Source: a virus. Taken from it: a stretch of DNA of 40,642 nt. The stretch spans positions 1 through 40,642 of IMG/VR virus record IMGVR_UViG_3300006046_000004; one strand, given 5' to 3'. Of the stretch, positions 8,529 to 16,805 are shown piece after piece. Made by a program: the position numbers and the translations under genes. The notes beneath the pieces were generated by a model. It was given only the letters and a program-made list of their open reading frames with translations. It ran no database searches and was not told the origin of the DNA. Position 1 is the stretch's first letter; every line of letters starts with the position of its first letter.

Positions 8529-8771
8529 TCATGCATCATTTGCCGGCCGGATGAATAGGGCGAGCGCAGTCACGGCGGCAAACATCACGGCAGCCTGCAC
8601 TGCGCCCGGCCAACCGTAGCGACCGCCGTAGAATCCGACGGCCACGATGCCTCCGGCTGCAATCACGAGATCGATCCGGCGCAGGTCGTAGCGCGCCCAC
8701 ACCGGCACATTGCCGAAGCGCCCGAGCCAGCCAAAGGCATGCACCAACGGCATCGGCACCGGAATTTTCAT
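8529..8771 (-). CDS. Membrane protein (80 aa, two predicted TM helices)
   Basis: Hydrophobic segments IDLVIAAGGIVAVGFYG and AVQAAVMFAAVTALALFI. ATGA overlap with the upstream gene. Confidence 0.5.
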   Translation of the reverse strand: MKIPVPMPLVHAFGWLGRFGNVPVWARYDLRRIDLVIAAGGIVAVGFYGGRYGWPGAVQAAVMFAAVTALALFIRPANDA

Positions 8772-9061
8772 GGCTTCATCCTTCGCCGGTAGTGTGAGGA
8801 CAATCGTTGAGCTGTCAAAATGCGTTGATCGCCAGCGATTTTCACCATTTCGGCGTCGTTAAGATTTCGCAGCTCCAAATCCTTGTCAAAGGCCATGATG
8901 TGCCCACAGCCTATGCAGACGGTGATATCACCCGGGGTTGGCATTATTGTCTCGGATTCCAGACACACCGCAGCGTCGAGCGGCTTTCCACAATCCGTAC
9001 AGTGTGAGCGTTTTATTTGCATCCGGCAGTACTTGCATCCGGCAGTCCTTGCATCCGGCAT
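8768..9061 (-). CDS. Cys-rich zinc-ribbon protein (97 aa or shorter)
   Basis: CxxC pairs (CKYC, CTDC, CIGC). The start is uncertain: there is no good SD at 9061, and an in-frame ATG lies inside the third 16-bp repeat. Confidence 0.45.
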   Translation of the reverse strand: MPDARTAGCKYCRMQIKRSHCTDCGKPLDAAVCLESETIMPTPGDITVCIGCGHIMAFDKDLELRNLNDAEMVKIAGDQRILTAQRLSSHYRRRMKP

Positions 9062-9063
9062 GC
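9016..9063. repeat. Three tandem 16-bp direct repeats (plus strand yTTGCATCCGGCA at 9016, 9032 and 9048)
   Basis: Read directly: tttgcatccggcagta cttgcatccggcagtc cttgcatccggcatgc. The array lies immediately downstream (minus sense) of the terminator and over the 5' end of ORF 8768..9061. Confidence 0.85.
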
Positions 9064-9065
9064 CT

Positions 9066-9101
9066 CACAAAGAAACCCCCGCCTCGGTGCGGAGGCGGGG
9101 G
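9066..9101 (-). terminator. Rho-independent terminator after the anchor-protein pair
   Basis: 10-bp GC stem (9076-9085 cccccgcctc / 9092-9101 gaggcggggg) with a 6-nt loop, followed on the minus strand by TTTCTTTGTG. Confidence 0.7.
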
Positions 9102-9147
9102 CCCGGAAACGGCGGCATGGACAGGGGCGTCTGAGCCGCCGCCCCGA

Positions 9148-9723
9148 CTACGCTACGCCGTGGTTGCGCGCACGGCGCCTTTTGTTGAGACCCCACAGCC
9201 CGACCAGGGCCGCCAGGATGCCGGGGAAGCCGGCCCCGGCGATCGGGCCTGGCACCGCCACCGCGGTCGTGGTCAGGTTGCCGCCATAGCCCGAGGTGCC
9301 ACCGCCAGTGCCGGCGATGTTGAGGAAGTAATTACCGGCCGCCAGGATGGCGGAGCCGGCCAGCACCTGGCACCCGAGTGGGTTGGTCGGGCAAGCCACC
9401 GCCGCCACCAGCGGTCCCACGGCCGTATCATCGCCACCGCCAGGCAAACCATTGGCGCCTGAGTTGAACAACTGCCCGGTGAAGGCGGTGATGAAGTCAG
9501 TCGGCTGCGTGAAGTCGTTGGTGGCGCTGGCGAACGTGAGGAACTGCGAGCCGATTAGGTGGAAGGTATACTGATCGGTGAACGTCGTCCCGAGCACGCT
9601 GTTGTTGAATGCCCCGGTGGCGCTGTTGGGGTTGTTGCCCAAGTCCTTGATGATGAGCGCGTTAGCGGGAGACGCCGCCGACAACGCCAGCAGCGCCGCG
9701 ATGGGGAGTAGCATTTTTCTCAT
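9148..9723 (-). CDS. Secreted protein with a PEP-CTERM-like C-terminal anchor (191 aa)
   Basis: AAGGAGA SD. Signal peptide MRKMLLPIAALLALSAASPANA. The C-terminus AVPGPIAGAGFPGILAALVGLWGLNKRRRA gives the layout Pro motif + TM helix + Arg cluster. Confidence 0.75.
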   Translation of the reverse strand: MRKMLLPIAALLALSAASPANALIIKDLGNNPNSATGAFNNSVLGTTFTDQYTFHLIGSQFLTFASATNDFTQPTDFITAFTGQLFNSGANGLPGGGDDTAVGPLVAAVACPTNPLGCQVLAGSAILAAGNYFLNIAGTGGGTSGYGGNLTTTAVAVPGPIAGAGFPGILAALVGLWGLNKRRRARNHGVA

Positions 9724-9755
9724 TGGGAATTCTCCTTGTGAGGCCGTGGGTGGGA

Positions 9756-10517
9756 CTAAACCGGGTTGCGACGGCGCCGCTTCATCGCCAAGCCCCAGAG
9801 GGCGACCAGGCCGGCCAGGATGCCGGGGAAACCGGCCCCAGCCACCGGACCCGGCACCGCCTGCGGGCTCGGGATCGGCTGGATAAAGAAGCTGTCGGGC
9901 CCATCGTTGGCGTTCTGGATGTTCGCGAAGAAGATTAGCTTGTCGCCCAGATGAATGTCGGTGCCGAGCGAGATGTCGAAGGTCCCCAAGGTGTAGTCCG
10001 GGAACCCGGTGCCGTTGTTCTGGCTGGCGATATTCCCGGTCGTCCCGTTGATAAATGCCGACAACACCGTGTGCGTCGTCAGGTTCAACAAGAAGAACGA
10101 CTGCAACGTCTGCGGCTGATTGGTGTCGTTGGCGTCCACGCCCACCGTGAACCGCAGATTGTTGTCGCCGTTGGCAATCAGGTAATTGCGCAGGAACGTG
10201 CCGTCGTAACCGATGCCGATGGTGTTGGTGCCGGGATTGGCGCCGCCCGAGACGTTGGTCGAGAAATAGACCTCGGAGGTCTGGTTCCCGGCATTGCCAA
10301 AATCGGTGTAGCCAAACGTCGGTGACTGCTGCGGCTGGTTGGCGCCGCAGATGATGCACTGCACGTTGAGCGGCTGGTTGCCGCCGGGCACGACCGGCGT
10401 GAGCGTCAGCGTGTCAACGCCGTTGAAGCTCCAGGTCTGGCCGCCGAGGACGATGTCGGCGTGGCTGGCCATCGTCATGGCCAGGAGCATTGCGGTAGTT
10501 GCTAGCAAGCGTTTCAT
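9756..10517 (-). CDS. Secreted protein with a PEP-CTERM-like C-terminal anchor (253 aa), paralogous tail to 9148..9723
   Basis: Signal peptide MKRLLATTAMLLAMTMASHA. C-terminus AVPGPVAGAGFPGILAGLVALWGLAMKRRRRN. The internal ATG at 10517 is preferred over the track start at 10574. Confidence 0.75.
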   Translation of the reverse strand: MKRLLATTAMLLAMTMASHADIVLGGQTWSFNGVDTLTLTPVVPGGNQPLNVQCIICGANQPQQSPTFGYTDFGNAGNQTSEVYFSTNVSGGANPGTNTIGIGYDGTFLRNYLIANGDNNLRFTVGVDANDTNQPQTLQSFFLLNLTTHTVLSAFINGTTGNIASQNNGTGFPDYTLGTFDISLGTDIHLGDKLIFFANIQNANDGPDSFFIQPIPSPQAVPGPVAGAGFPGILAGLVALWGLAMKRRRRNPV

Positions 10518-10592
10518 GGTGGGGTTCCCCGTGGGGTGAGTGGTTGCAACGGCGCCATGTTGACAGGTCGTCACAGGGTAGGCAAGGGCGTT

Positions 10593-12059
10593 TTACTGGA
10601 CTCCCTGATAACGGTCGGCCGCCGCCAGCGCGCCCATCGCCGGCACCGCCCCGGCGAGGCCGTACTTGCGCATGATCTGGACGCGGCTGATCGGGCTTTG
10701 TGGGTTGAAAACCACGTAGTTGCTGGTCCTTGCATTGTTCCTGACATTCGCGATGTCCTTGGCCAAGTTATCCGCAGAGATTTGCAGTGCCGCGCGCCGG
10801 CTTCCTATTGAGCGACCGTACTCGTCGACGCCGCCCTCCAGCAATTTCATCAGCCGGGAATGCTCAGCCTCGATCATCGGCAGGTCTGCGCGCGAGCGCG
10901 ATCCCTGGTCCAGGTAGCGGATGCCGGGAATGCCGGCCTCGCGCAAAATTTCAGAAGCCGCCGCTTTATCGTTCCATGATCCAGCATGAGATCGAGCAAT
11001 GTTCTCATATAATCCTTTTCCAAATACAGAAATCGGAAACGGGTCAACGCCAGGGGCGGAGTATTGTTTTTCAAGTGGCACTTTGAATTGTTCTGCAACC
11101 CCTCGGACTTGCTGAGACTGCCCACTCAACGGCTTATCCCAATCCAAAAACTGCTCGGGCTTGGCGTGAATGCCGACCTCGTAGGTGCGCGGGCCGACCG
11201 GCTTGCCGCTTTCGAGCAGAGAAAGCTCATGTTGTCTCTGCGCTAGCATTTTTTCAGCATATGCGCGTCGCTGGCCCTGCTCCAATAGTGATGGATATTG
11301 AGATGGGATATTAGGCAACTCCTGCGTCCAATCCCTGATGTCCGTCTTGGTGCCGGCAATTGCGTTGTCACGATTGAACTCATGCAATCGCAATCGCTCG
11401 GCCGCGGCTCTTTCGGCCGGCGGAAATCTTTCTAAAAATTGCTTCCAATATTCCCCGCCCTGCCCGGACACCGCCGGGTTCTCGGCGACGTAAATCCCGT
11501 GCCCATACATCTGAAAGCCCTCGCCGGTCCCGATCTTGGAGAGGTCGAACCGATCGAAATCGTGCGGCGAGGAGTGATAGGCGAGGATCGGCTCGGCCAC
11601 GCTGCCGATCGGCCGCTCGGTGGGCTGAATGATCTTGCTCCCAGCGCCCATGGTCACAGCGCCACGCTGGCCAAAGCGGAACGGGTCGAACGTCATCCCG
11701 AACGCCGTCTGCGGCGCCCAGTCCCCCACCTTCTCATTCAGGTCCCGCAGCCGTTGTTCGTCGCCCTCGGACCACTGTCCCGGCACCTCCGGCTTGAAAT
11801 TAGCCACGGCATACGGCACCGCGAACGGGTCATGGGCTTTGGCGATATCGCCCATGCGGCCGCCGATCTCGGCGAGGTTGCCGCCCCAGCCCGGCAGCGG
11901 CAGCGGCAGCGGCAAGGGCCGCGCGTTGATGTCGGCGGCAGCCGCTACCCCGCGTGACCATGCCCCTTCGTCAGGTGGTTCCTGCCAGCCCGGATAGGCC
12001 CCGCGCGTAGGGTCAAGATTTGCCAGTGACCCCATGTAATAGTCGTCACGGGCCATCAC
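10593..12059 (-). CDS. Large accessory protein with a candidate PARP-like (H-Y-x) ADP-ribosyltransferase fold, similar to ART domains of phage/plasmid polyvalent proteins
   Basis: AYHSSPHDFDRF...GTGEGFQMYGHGIYVAENP supplies the H and Y elements. REAGIPGIRYLD and SNYVVFNP resemble the distal strands. The N-terminus has a PLPLPLPLP tract, and the central part is visibly AT-richer. Confidence 0.4.
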   Translation of the reverse strand: MMARDDYYMGSLANLDPTRGAYPGWQEPPDEGAWSRGVAAAADINARPLPLPLPLPGWGGNLAEIGGRMGDIAKAHDPFAVPYAVANFKPEVPGQWSEGDEQRLRDLNEKVGDWAPQTAFGMTFDPFRFGQRGAVTMGAGSKIIQPTERPIGSVAEPILAYHSSPHDFDRFDLSKIGTGEGFQMYGHGIYVAENPAVSGQGGEYWKQFLERFPPAERAAAERLRLHEFNRDNAIAGTKTDIRDWTQELPNIPSQYPSLLEQGQRRAYAEKMLAQRQHELSLLESGKPVGPRTYEVGIHAKPEQFLDWDKPLSGQSQQVRGVAEQFKVPLEKQYSAPGVDPFPISVFGKGLYENIARSHAGSWNDKAAASEILREAGIPGIRYLDQGSRSRADLPMIEAEHSRLMKLLEGGVDEYGRSIGSRRAALQISADNLAKDIANVRNNARTSNYVVFNPQSPISRVQIMRKYGLAGAVPAMGALAAADRYQGVQ

Positions 12060-12065
12060 GTCTCC

Positions 12066-12260
12066 TTACTGCGCATGCTTTTTCTTCCAGGCCGCGTGCT
12101 CCGCTTTCAGGTCAACATACCTTTTCCCATGCTGAGCCTTCCCAACCGCTTCATACATCGTGAGTCGCGGGTTGTCCGCCACCTCCAACATGGTTGCCAG
12201 GAACAAAGCATCCAAATCCAGCCCATCCGACAATGACAACAGTGGATTGTCCTTGGCCAT
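12066..12260 (-). CDS. Small hypothetical protein (64 aa)
   Basis: GGAGGA SD upstream of ATG 12260; ordinary composition. Confidence 0.5.
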   Translation of the reverse strand: MAKDNPLLSLSDGLDLDALFLATMLEVADNPRLTMYEAVGKAQHGKRYVDLKAEHAAWKKKHAQ

Positions 12261-12323
12261 CTGCGAACGTCCTCCGGTAGGTATGGCGCGCCACCGCGTG
12301 CGGCGATGGCGCGCCTTAAACGG

Positions 12324-12953
12324 TTAGCGTCGGCCGCCGCCCTGCTGGCCGCCCTGGTGCTGGCCGGACTGCTGGCCGCCCTGGTGCTGGCCGCCTTGAT
12401 GCTCTGACTGGCCACCCTGATGCTGCTGGCCGCCCTGCTGACCCGGCTGCTGTCCAGGCTGATGCTGGCCACCCTGCTGGCCGCCCTGACCGCCCTGCTG
12501 GCCTTGCTGGCCGCCTTGCTGGCCGCCCTGCGGCTGCGGCTGCTGGCCACCGGACCCGCCAGGGTTCGGCACGTACTGCCAGCCTTGGCCCGGTATCCAT
12601 ACCAACATGAATCCAGGAGGAGCGCCCGGCAGTGTGCCGGCCTGTCCGGGCGGCCCGCCTGGCAGGCCCTGATCCGGACGGCCGGGCTGTCCCGGCAGGC
12701 CCTGCGATGGGTGACCGGGTTGCCATGGGAGATTTTGCCCAGGCTGGCCACCTTGTCCGGGGAGACCCTGCGAGGGGTGACCCGGCTGATTTGGAAGTCC
12801 CTGCCCAGGATGGGCCGGAGCCCACGGCAGATTTTGTCCCGGATGTCCCGGTTGGCCGGGAAGAGATTGGTCTGGCCTTCCTCCGGAAGGCAATCCCTGC
12901 CCGGGGTAGGCGTTCTGATCGACGATCGTGATGTAGGCTAGGAAAGTAGACAT
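12324..12953 (-). CDS. Pro/Gly/Gln repeat protein (209 aa): collagen-like PGQ/HPGQGLP repeats followed by a GGQQ/HQGGQ repeat tail
   Basis: This is the only one of three overlapping open frames with an ordinary N-terminus (MSTFLAYITIVDQNAY) and GC3-rich codons. The DNA contains tandem ctgctggccgccctggtg-type units. Confidence 0.55.
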   Translation of the reverse strand: MSTFLAYITIVDQNAYPGQGLPSGGRPDQSLPGQPGHPGQNLPWAPAHPGQGLPNQPGHPSQGLPGQGGQPGQNLPWQPGHPSQGLPGQPGRPDQGLPGGPPGQAGTLPGAPPGFMLVWIPGQGWQYVPNPGGSGGQQPQPQGGQQGGQQGQQGGQGGQQGGQHQPGQQPGQQGGQQHQGGQSEHQGGQHQGGQQSGQHQGGQQGGGRR

Positions 12954-13022
12954 TGGCTTTGTCCTTGGGTTTGCCGCGTTCAGTTTTGGTCGCCATCACT
13001 AACACGCCAGGGTGACGCCTGT

Positions 13023-13232
13023 TCACGGGTTATCCTTGGGCTTGTCGAACGACAGCTTCGCGAGCGTGATCGGCGCGGTGCTGCGAGCCCGCAGGAATTT
13101 CCGGGGTATCGCCGCAGGCGCATCGCGATCGTCATACGCCGCCTGCTTGAACGAGCGGCGATGGTTCCCCCAAAGCTGCAGCGGCTTGCTCAGCCGCAGG
13201 TTTGACGGAAACCGGGGCTGGCATTTGCTCAT
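13023..13232 (-). CDS. Small basic protein (69 aa), translationally coupled to the portal gene
   Basis: ATGA overlap with the portal stop (13229-13232). Confidence 0.45.
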   Translation of the reverse strand: MSKCQPRFPSNLRLSKPLQLWGNHRRSFKQAAYDDRDAPAAIPRKFLRARSTAPITLAKLSFDKPKDNP

Positions 13233-15541
13233 GGCGTGAACCCTTTCGGCTGCTGATACGGCTGCGCGGCTTGCTGTGCAGCAGCTTCACCCTGCCGGGC
13301 AATTTCAGAAGCTTGATCGATGGCCATCTGCTGCTGCTGCAATCGGATATCCGCGGCCTTGCCTAACACATCCGCTTGGTGAACAGAGGTTTCGTGCAGT
13401 GCTTTCCTGTGGGCATCGGCAGCTTTAATGGCAGTTTCTCCTTGCCTTTGTTGGAGTTCGGCTAGTTTGAGTTGATGGTCACTGACAATTTTGGCAGTCG
13501 CCTGCTTGTCCTTGAGATCGATCTCTCTTGCTTTAAGTGCCACGTCCGCCTTGTCGCGCTCCGCCTGTCGTGCCGACTTCACTTGTTCTATCTGCAAGGC
13601 CGTTTTCGCTTGCTGTGTCGCAGGGTCGTCGCCCCTCGCCTGCCCGGCCTTGGCCTTGGCGTTCTCGACCAGCTCATCAATCGAGCCATCGAGTGAACGG
13701 CCGACGCGGAACGGCTCCACGGCAAACTTCAAGATGTCGCCGGCGAAACTCGCAGTGCCCGGCTCGGCCGCAACCATCTCCATGAGTTGCTGCAACACCG
13801 GGCTGAGCATCGCGAGAAATTCGGTGTGTTGCTGCTTGCTGGCGTTCTCGTCCGGGATGATGGTTGAGTCGGTCTCGATGTCGAGCACAAACGATTTTGC
13901 CCGATTGTTTTTAAGGAAAGTTAACACCTGCTCGATCGTCGGCTGCGCCTGCACCTTCTGATACTGCGACTGCGCCTGCTGCAAGGCCATCTGCACTTGC
14001 TGCATCTGTTGCGACAATTGGTCGGGCGGCCCCGGCGGCATGCCGGGCTGCTGCACGCTCTGCGCCTGCGGCGATTGCTGCAGCTGCTGCAGCATCATCT
14101 GCGCCCGCTGCACCTGTTGGCCGAGGTCGCGCAACTGCTTCTGTTGCATCGCCTGTGTCGGCAGTTGCGTCTGCGACATCTCGATGATGGTGGTCGCCTT
14201 GAATTTCTCGGTGATGATTTCCGAGGTGATCGCCACGAGGTCGCGCGCGATGCGCGCCATGGCGTACTGCTTGTCGCGCACGCGCGTCGAGCCGTATTGC
14301 GTCTTGAGTTCCTGCGCGCCGAGAGTTTCGGTGGGGTTCGTGGTGCCCCTCATGATATCGGATAACCCCATTATCTGGTAAATGTCGTCAATGACTTGTT
14401 TGCGCAGCGCGACCAACTGCGTGATGCACTCCGCAATCATGTCGATCGGCAGCCACACAATGACTTCTTTCGAACCACCAAACGCCGCCCAATTGCTGAT
14501 CGGCACGAGCAGCCGGCCGGGCGTTTTCATCTTCACGGCGGACTGCACCGCGTCGGAAATCTCGGCCCCGCCCGCGGGATAAAACCCCTTGGCCTCAAGC
14601 GCATCCGACAGCGCATGAATGCGCCCGGTCAGCATGTTCACCTCTTCGAGCTGATCGCGGTACTGCATCATGTCGGGGACGGGGACGAGGCTACCGCGCT
14701 GAGTGGTCCCGTACACCGGCTGCGGGCAGGGGAAATAGCAATCCAAATCCAGGTGCGGGTCGTCCTCGTCGAGGATGTCCTCGCAGCCCTCGGCCACCCA
14801 AACGACACGCCGCGAGGTCTTGTCCCAAATCTCCCAGAACTTCGCCCGCTCGCGGTTGTCGGCGCCGCCAATGCTCTGCGCGTCCTTGTCCACGCGGTAC
14901 TCGGCCTCCTGGTAGCTGTCGCCCGAGTGCGGCTCGAAGCGATCGCGCGCCTCCGATCGCGTCAGGTAGCTGGCCGCCGCCACCCAGGTGACCTCGTACC
15001 AGCAGCGCGAGATGCTGTGCAGGAAATCGCGCCTATGCTTGTAGTCCACACAGACGCGCTCGCTCTTGTTGTAATAGCCGTCGCCGCCGCCACTCTCGTA
15101 ACGGCACCACGCCACGCCGCGACCCGATAGAGCCAGATCGTCCCGCAGTTGCAACATGACATCGTTGATGTACGTCAGGTCGAAGCTGACAATCGCGCAG
15201 CGCTCCATGACCTCGGAAGCTTCCTGGTACACCGGCCTCCGGTCCTTGAATTTCGGCACCACGACCGGGACTGGCGCCCGCGCGTAAATGCTGGGCTTGA
15301 GCACCTCGCAATTGGCCCAGAACATCGCAAACTCGCGCTCGCGCGACATGTTGGCCAACCGCTCCAGGCTCGCATACTGCTTATCGATGTTGTCGCAGTG
15401 GTGGTTCCAGCTCTCGAAGGCCTTCTCGCTCTCGATCAGCAGGTTGAGCCAGGCGCGTGACTTGCGCGGCTCCATCGCGGGATTAAATTCGGCATCGTCG
15501 GTGCGAATATCTTCCTCGACGGGCGGCTTGTCGTCAGCCAT
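13229..15541 (-). CDS. Portal protein (770 aa) with a long Gln-rich C-terminal coiled coil
   Basis: Size, position in the terminase-MTase-portal block, an N-terminal WNHHCDNIDKQY...FWANCEVLKPSIYARAPVPVV motif typical of portal N-termini, and a C-terminal Q-rich helical extension reminiscent of the P22 portal barrel. Confidence 0.75.
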   Translation of the reverse strand: MADDKPPVEEDIRTDDAEFNPAMEPRKSRAWLNLLIESEKAFESWNHHCDNIDKQYASLERLANMSREREFAMFWANCEVLKPSIYARAPVPVVVPKFKDRRPVYQEASEVMERCAIVSFDLTYINDVMLQLRDDLALSGRGVAWCRYESGGGDGYYNKSERVCVDYKHRRDFLHSISRCWYEVTWVAAASYLTRSEARDRFEPHSGDSYQEAEYRVDKDAQSIGGADNRERAKFWEIWDKTSRRVVWVAEGCEDILDEDDPHLDLDCYFPCPQPVYGTTQRGSLVPVPDMMQYRDQLEEVNMLTGRIHALSDALEAKGFYPAGGAEISDAVQSAVKMKTPGRLLVPISNWAAFGGSKEVIVWLPIDMIAECITQLVALRKQVIDDIYQIMGLSDIMRGTTNPTETLGAQELKTQYGSTRVRDKQYAMARIARDLVAITSEIITEKFKATTIIEMSQTQLPTQAMQQKQLRDLGQQVQRAQMMLQQLQQSPQAQSVQQPGMPPGPPDQLSQQMQQVQMALQQAQSQYQKVQAQPTIEQVLTFLKNNRAKSFVLDIETDSTIIPDENASKQQHTEFLAMLSPVLQQLMEMVAAEPGTASFAGDILKFAVEPFRVGRSLDGSIDELVENAKAKAGQARGDDPATQQAKTALQIEQVKSARQAERDKADVALKAREIDLKDKQATAKIVSDHQLKLAELQQRQGETAIKAADAHRKALHETSVHQADVLGKAADIRLQQQQMAIDQASEIARQGEAAAQQAAQPYQQPKGFTP

Positions 15542-15565
15542 GGCATTACCTCGCTCTGCGCTCGG

Positions 15566-15691
15566 TCATTGCGTCACCTGCGCGGCCAGCAGCAGGATCA
15601 GCAGCACGACCGCCACCGCGACCGCAACCACCACCAGCGTGTGCCAGTGCGCCCGCAGCATCGTATGCGAGCGTTCTCGCCAAGGGCTCAT
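15566..15691 (-). CDS. Small single-pass membrane protein (41 aa)
   Basis: [41 protein letters not shown]; ATGA overlap with the MTase stop. Confidence 0.4.
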   Translation of the reverse strand: MSPWRERSHTMLRAHWHTLVVVAVAVAVVLLILLLAAQVTQ

Positions 15692-16581
15692 GGACGCGCC
15701 TCCATCACGGCGGCGATGAACTGCGCCGCGACTTGCGGGACGATGCAGTTCCCGTAGGCGCGCAGCCGTCCCACACGGCCGGCAGTCCGATGAGCCAACG
15801 GGAAAAGGCCGGGTTGAGTTGGCCGCGCCTTTCCGTCGCTGCAGGGGAGCCAGACGAGATCGGACCACGATGAACAACGTGATCGTTCAACCTCATTCCA
15901 CTTGTCTCCGGTCGATTGCGTTTCCAGTTGCTCCCGGCCGATCCAGCCATCTTCAGGTCCGTTGATGCCGGCGTCGGCCAGGAAGCCATCTCCGCCTGTT
16001 GCTCCAGGCCAGGAGGGCTCGACTCGCCGCCCTCGCGAGAGGACCTCATCGCTCGGTCGCTCTTGCGGTTCGATCCCGCCATCGGCGTTTGCCACGAACC
16101 ACACTCGCTGCCGGATGTGCGGCGCGCCGACGCTGTGTGCTCCAAGTACGGCCGCCCCCGTGGCGTAACCCTCCGCTTCCAGGTCTCCGAGAACAGCGTC
16201 GAGCCAGCCCCATCCAACCGCTGCCGCAACCTGCTCGCCAAAGATGATGTCAGGCTTGCACTCGCCGATGAGACGGCGCCAATGCGGCCATAGGTGCCGG
16301 TCGTCCTGGCCACCGCCTCCTTTGCCGGCGGCGCTGAACGGCTGGCAGGGGCAACTGCCTGTCCAAACAGGTCGCGGTCCCCATCCGGCGAGGTCAAGGG
16401 CGTGGTCCCAGCCGGCGATGCCTGCGAACCAATGCACGCGCTCGAACCCTTTGACATCGTCGGGGGAAACATCTGCGATTGATCGGTCATCGATGGTCCC
16501 CGGCGTGATGTGGCCGGCGTCCATCAGGTTGGACAGCCAGTCGCAGCAGTAGCGGTCGATCTCGTTGTAGTAGGCTTTCAC
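15688..16581 (-). CDS. DNA (cytosine-5)-methyltransferase
   Basis: Motif I FAGIAGW, motif [14 protein letters not shown], motif VI FGEQV, motif [12 protein letters not shown] and motif X GNCIVPQV. The GTG start overlaps the stop of the micro-ORF (GTGA). Confidence 0.85.
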   Translation of the reverse strand: MKAYYNEIDRYCCDWLSNLMDAGHITPGTIDDRSIADVSPDDVKGFERVHWFAGIAGWDHALDLAGWGPRPVWTGSCPCQPFSAAGKGGGGQDDRHLWPHWRRLIGECKPDIIFGEQVAAAVGWGWLDAVLGDLEAEGYATGAAVLGAHSVGAPHIRQRVWFVANADGGIEPQERPSDEVLSRGRRVEPSWPGATGGDGFLADAGINGPEDGWIGREQLETQSTGDKWNEVERSRCSSWSDLVWLPCSDGKARPTQPGLFPLAHRTAGRVGRLRAYGNCIVPQVAAQFIAAVMEARP

Positions 16582-16640
16582 AGCTGTATGCGTCCCCGCA
16601 TCGGCACATCGTCGGGCGGCGGGATGACGAGGTCACTCAC
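16578..16640 (-). other. 20-codon micro-ORF duplicating the terminase C-terminal tail ([20 protein letters not shown])
   Basis: Hand translation. The TerL C-terminus is SIPPPPEPQRGRIQL*. The shared residues are encoded mostly by different synonymous codons. Confidence 0.5.
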
Positions 16641-16785
16641 TTGCCGACCCTGTTAATTGATGCCGCAAAATGCATCCATAATCCTCACACAACCAGCCGT
16701 CTTCCGCCGCGCGGCAAGGTCCGCCAGTTATCGGGCACATGAACTCCTCGCCTTCCAATTCAAAGCCGGTTTCGTCAGGTTCCAT
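16633..16785 (-). CDS. Small acidic Cys-rich protein (50 aa)
   Basis: Hand translation gives MEPDETGFELEGEEFMCPITGGPCRAAEDGWLCEDYGCILRHQLTGSASE. It lies between the TerL and MTase genes and is below the track size cut-off. Confidence 0.35.
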   Translation of the reverse strand: MEPDETGFELEGEEFMCPITGGPCRAAEDGWLCEDYGCILRHQLTGSASE

Positions 16786-16805
16786 CGCAGTTCAAAGCTC
16801 CATCC

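Noticed and set aside
7835-8539. N-terminal extension of the Ig-like protein resembling a Tat/Sec signal (SRPKALARGLATVAAGAAITRSHA)
   Set aside because: A strong AAGGAG SD sits 7 nt before the internal ATG at 8416 and the extension has no SD, so the shorter non-secreted form is preferred. The longer form cannot be fully excluded.
9148-10359. 403-aa track ORF spanning both anchor-protein genes
   Set aside because: Only its last 191 codons (from ATG 9723, which has an AAGGAGA SD and a signal peptide) look like protein. The upstream part is an Arg/Gln/His-rich shadow frame overlapping the real gene 9756..10517.
12284-12315. atggcgcgcc direct repeat / GGCGCGCC palindromes as a terminator
   Set aside because: The two 8-bp palindromes can pair across a 15-nt loop, but no U-tract follows on the coding (minus) strand and the next gene starts 24 nt later with its own SD. 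The evidence is insufficient.
12107-13026. Alternative open frames (12107..12751, 12316..13026, and plus-strand 12420..12941) over the PGQ repeat gene
   Set aside because: These are open only because of the CTG/GCC repeat composition. They give Arg/Ala/Ser- or Leu-only products without plausible starts, whereas frame 12324..12953 has a normal N-terminus and GC3-rich codons.
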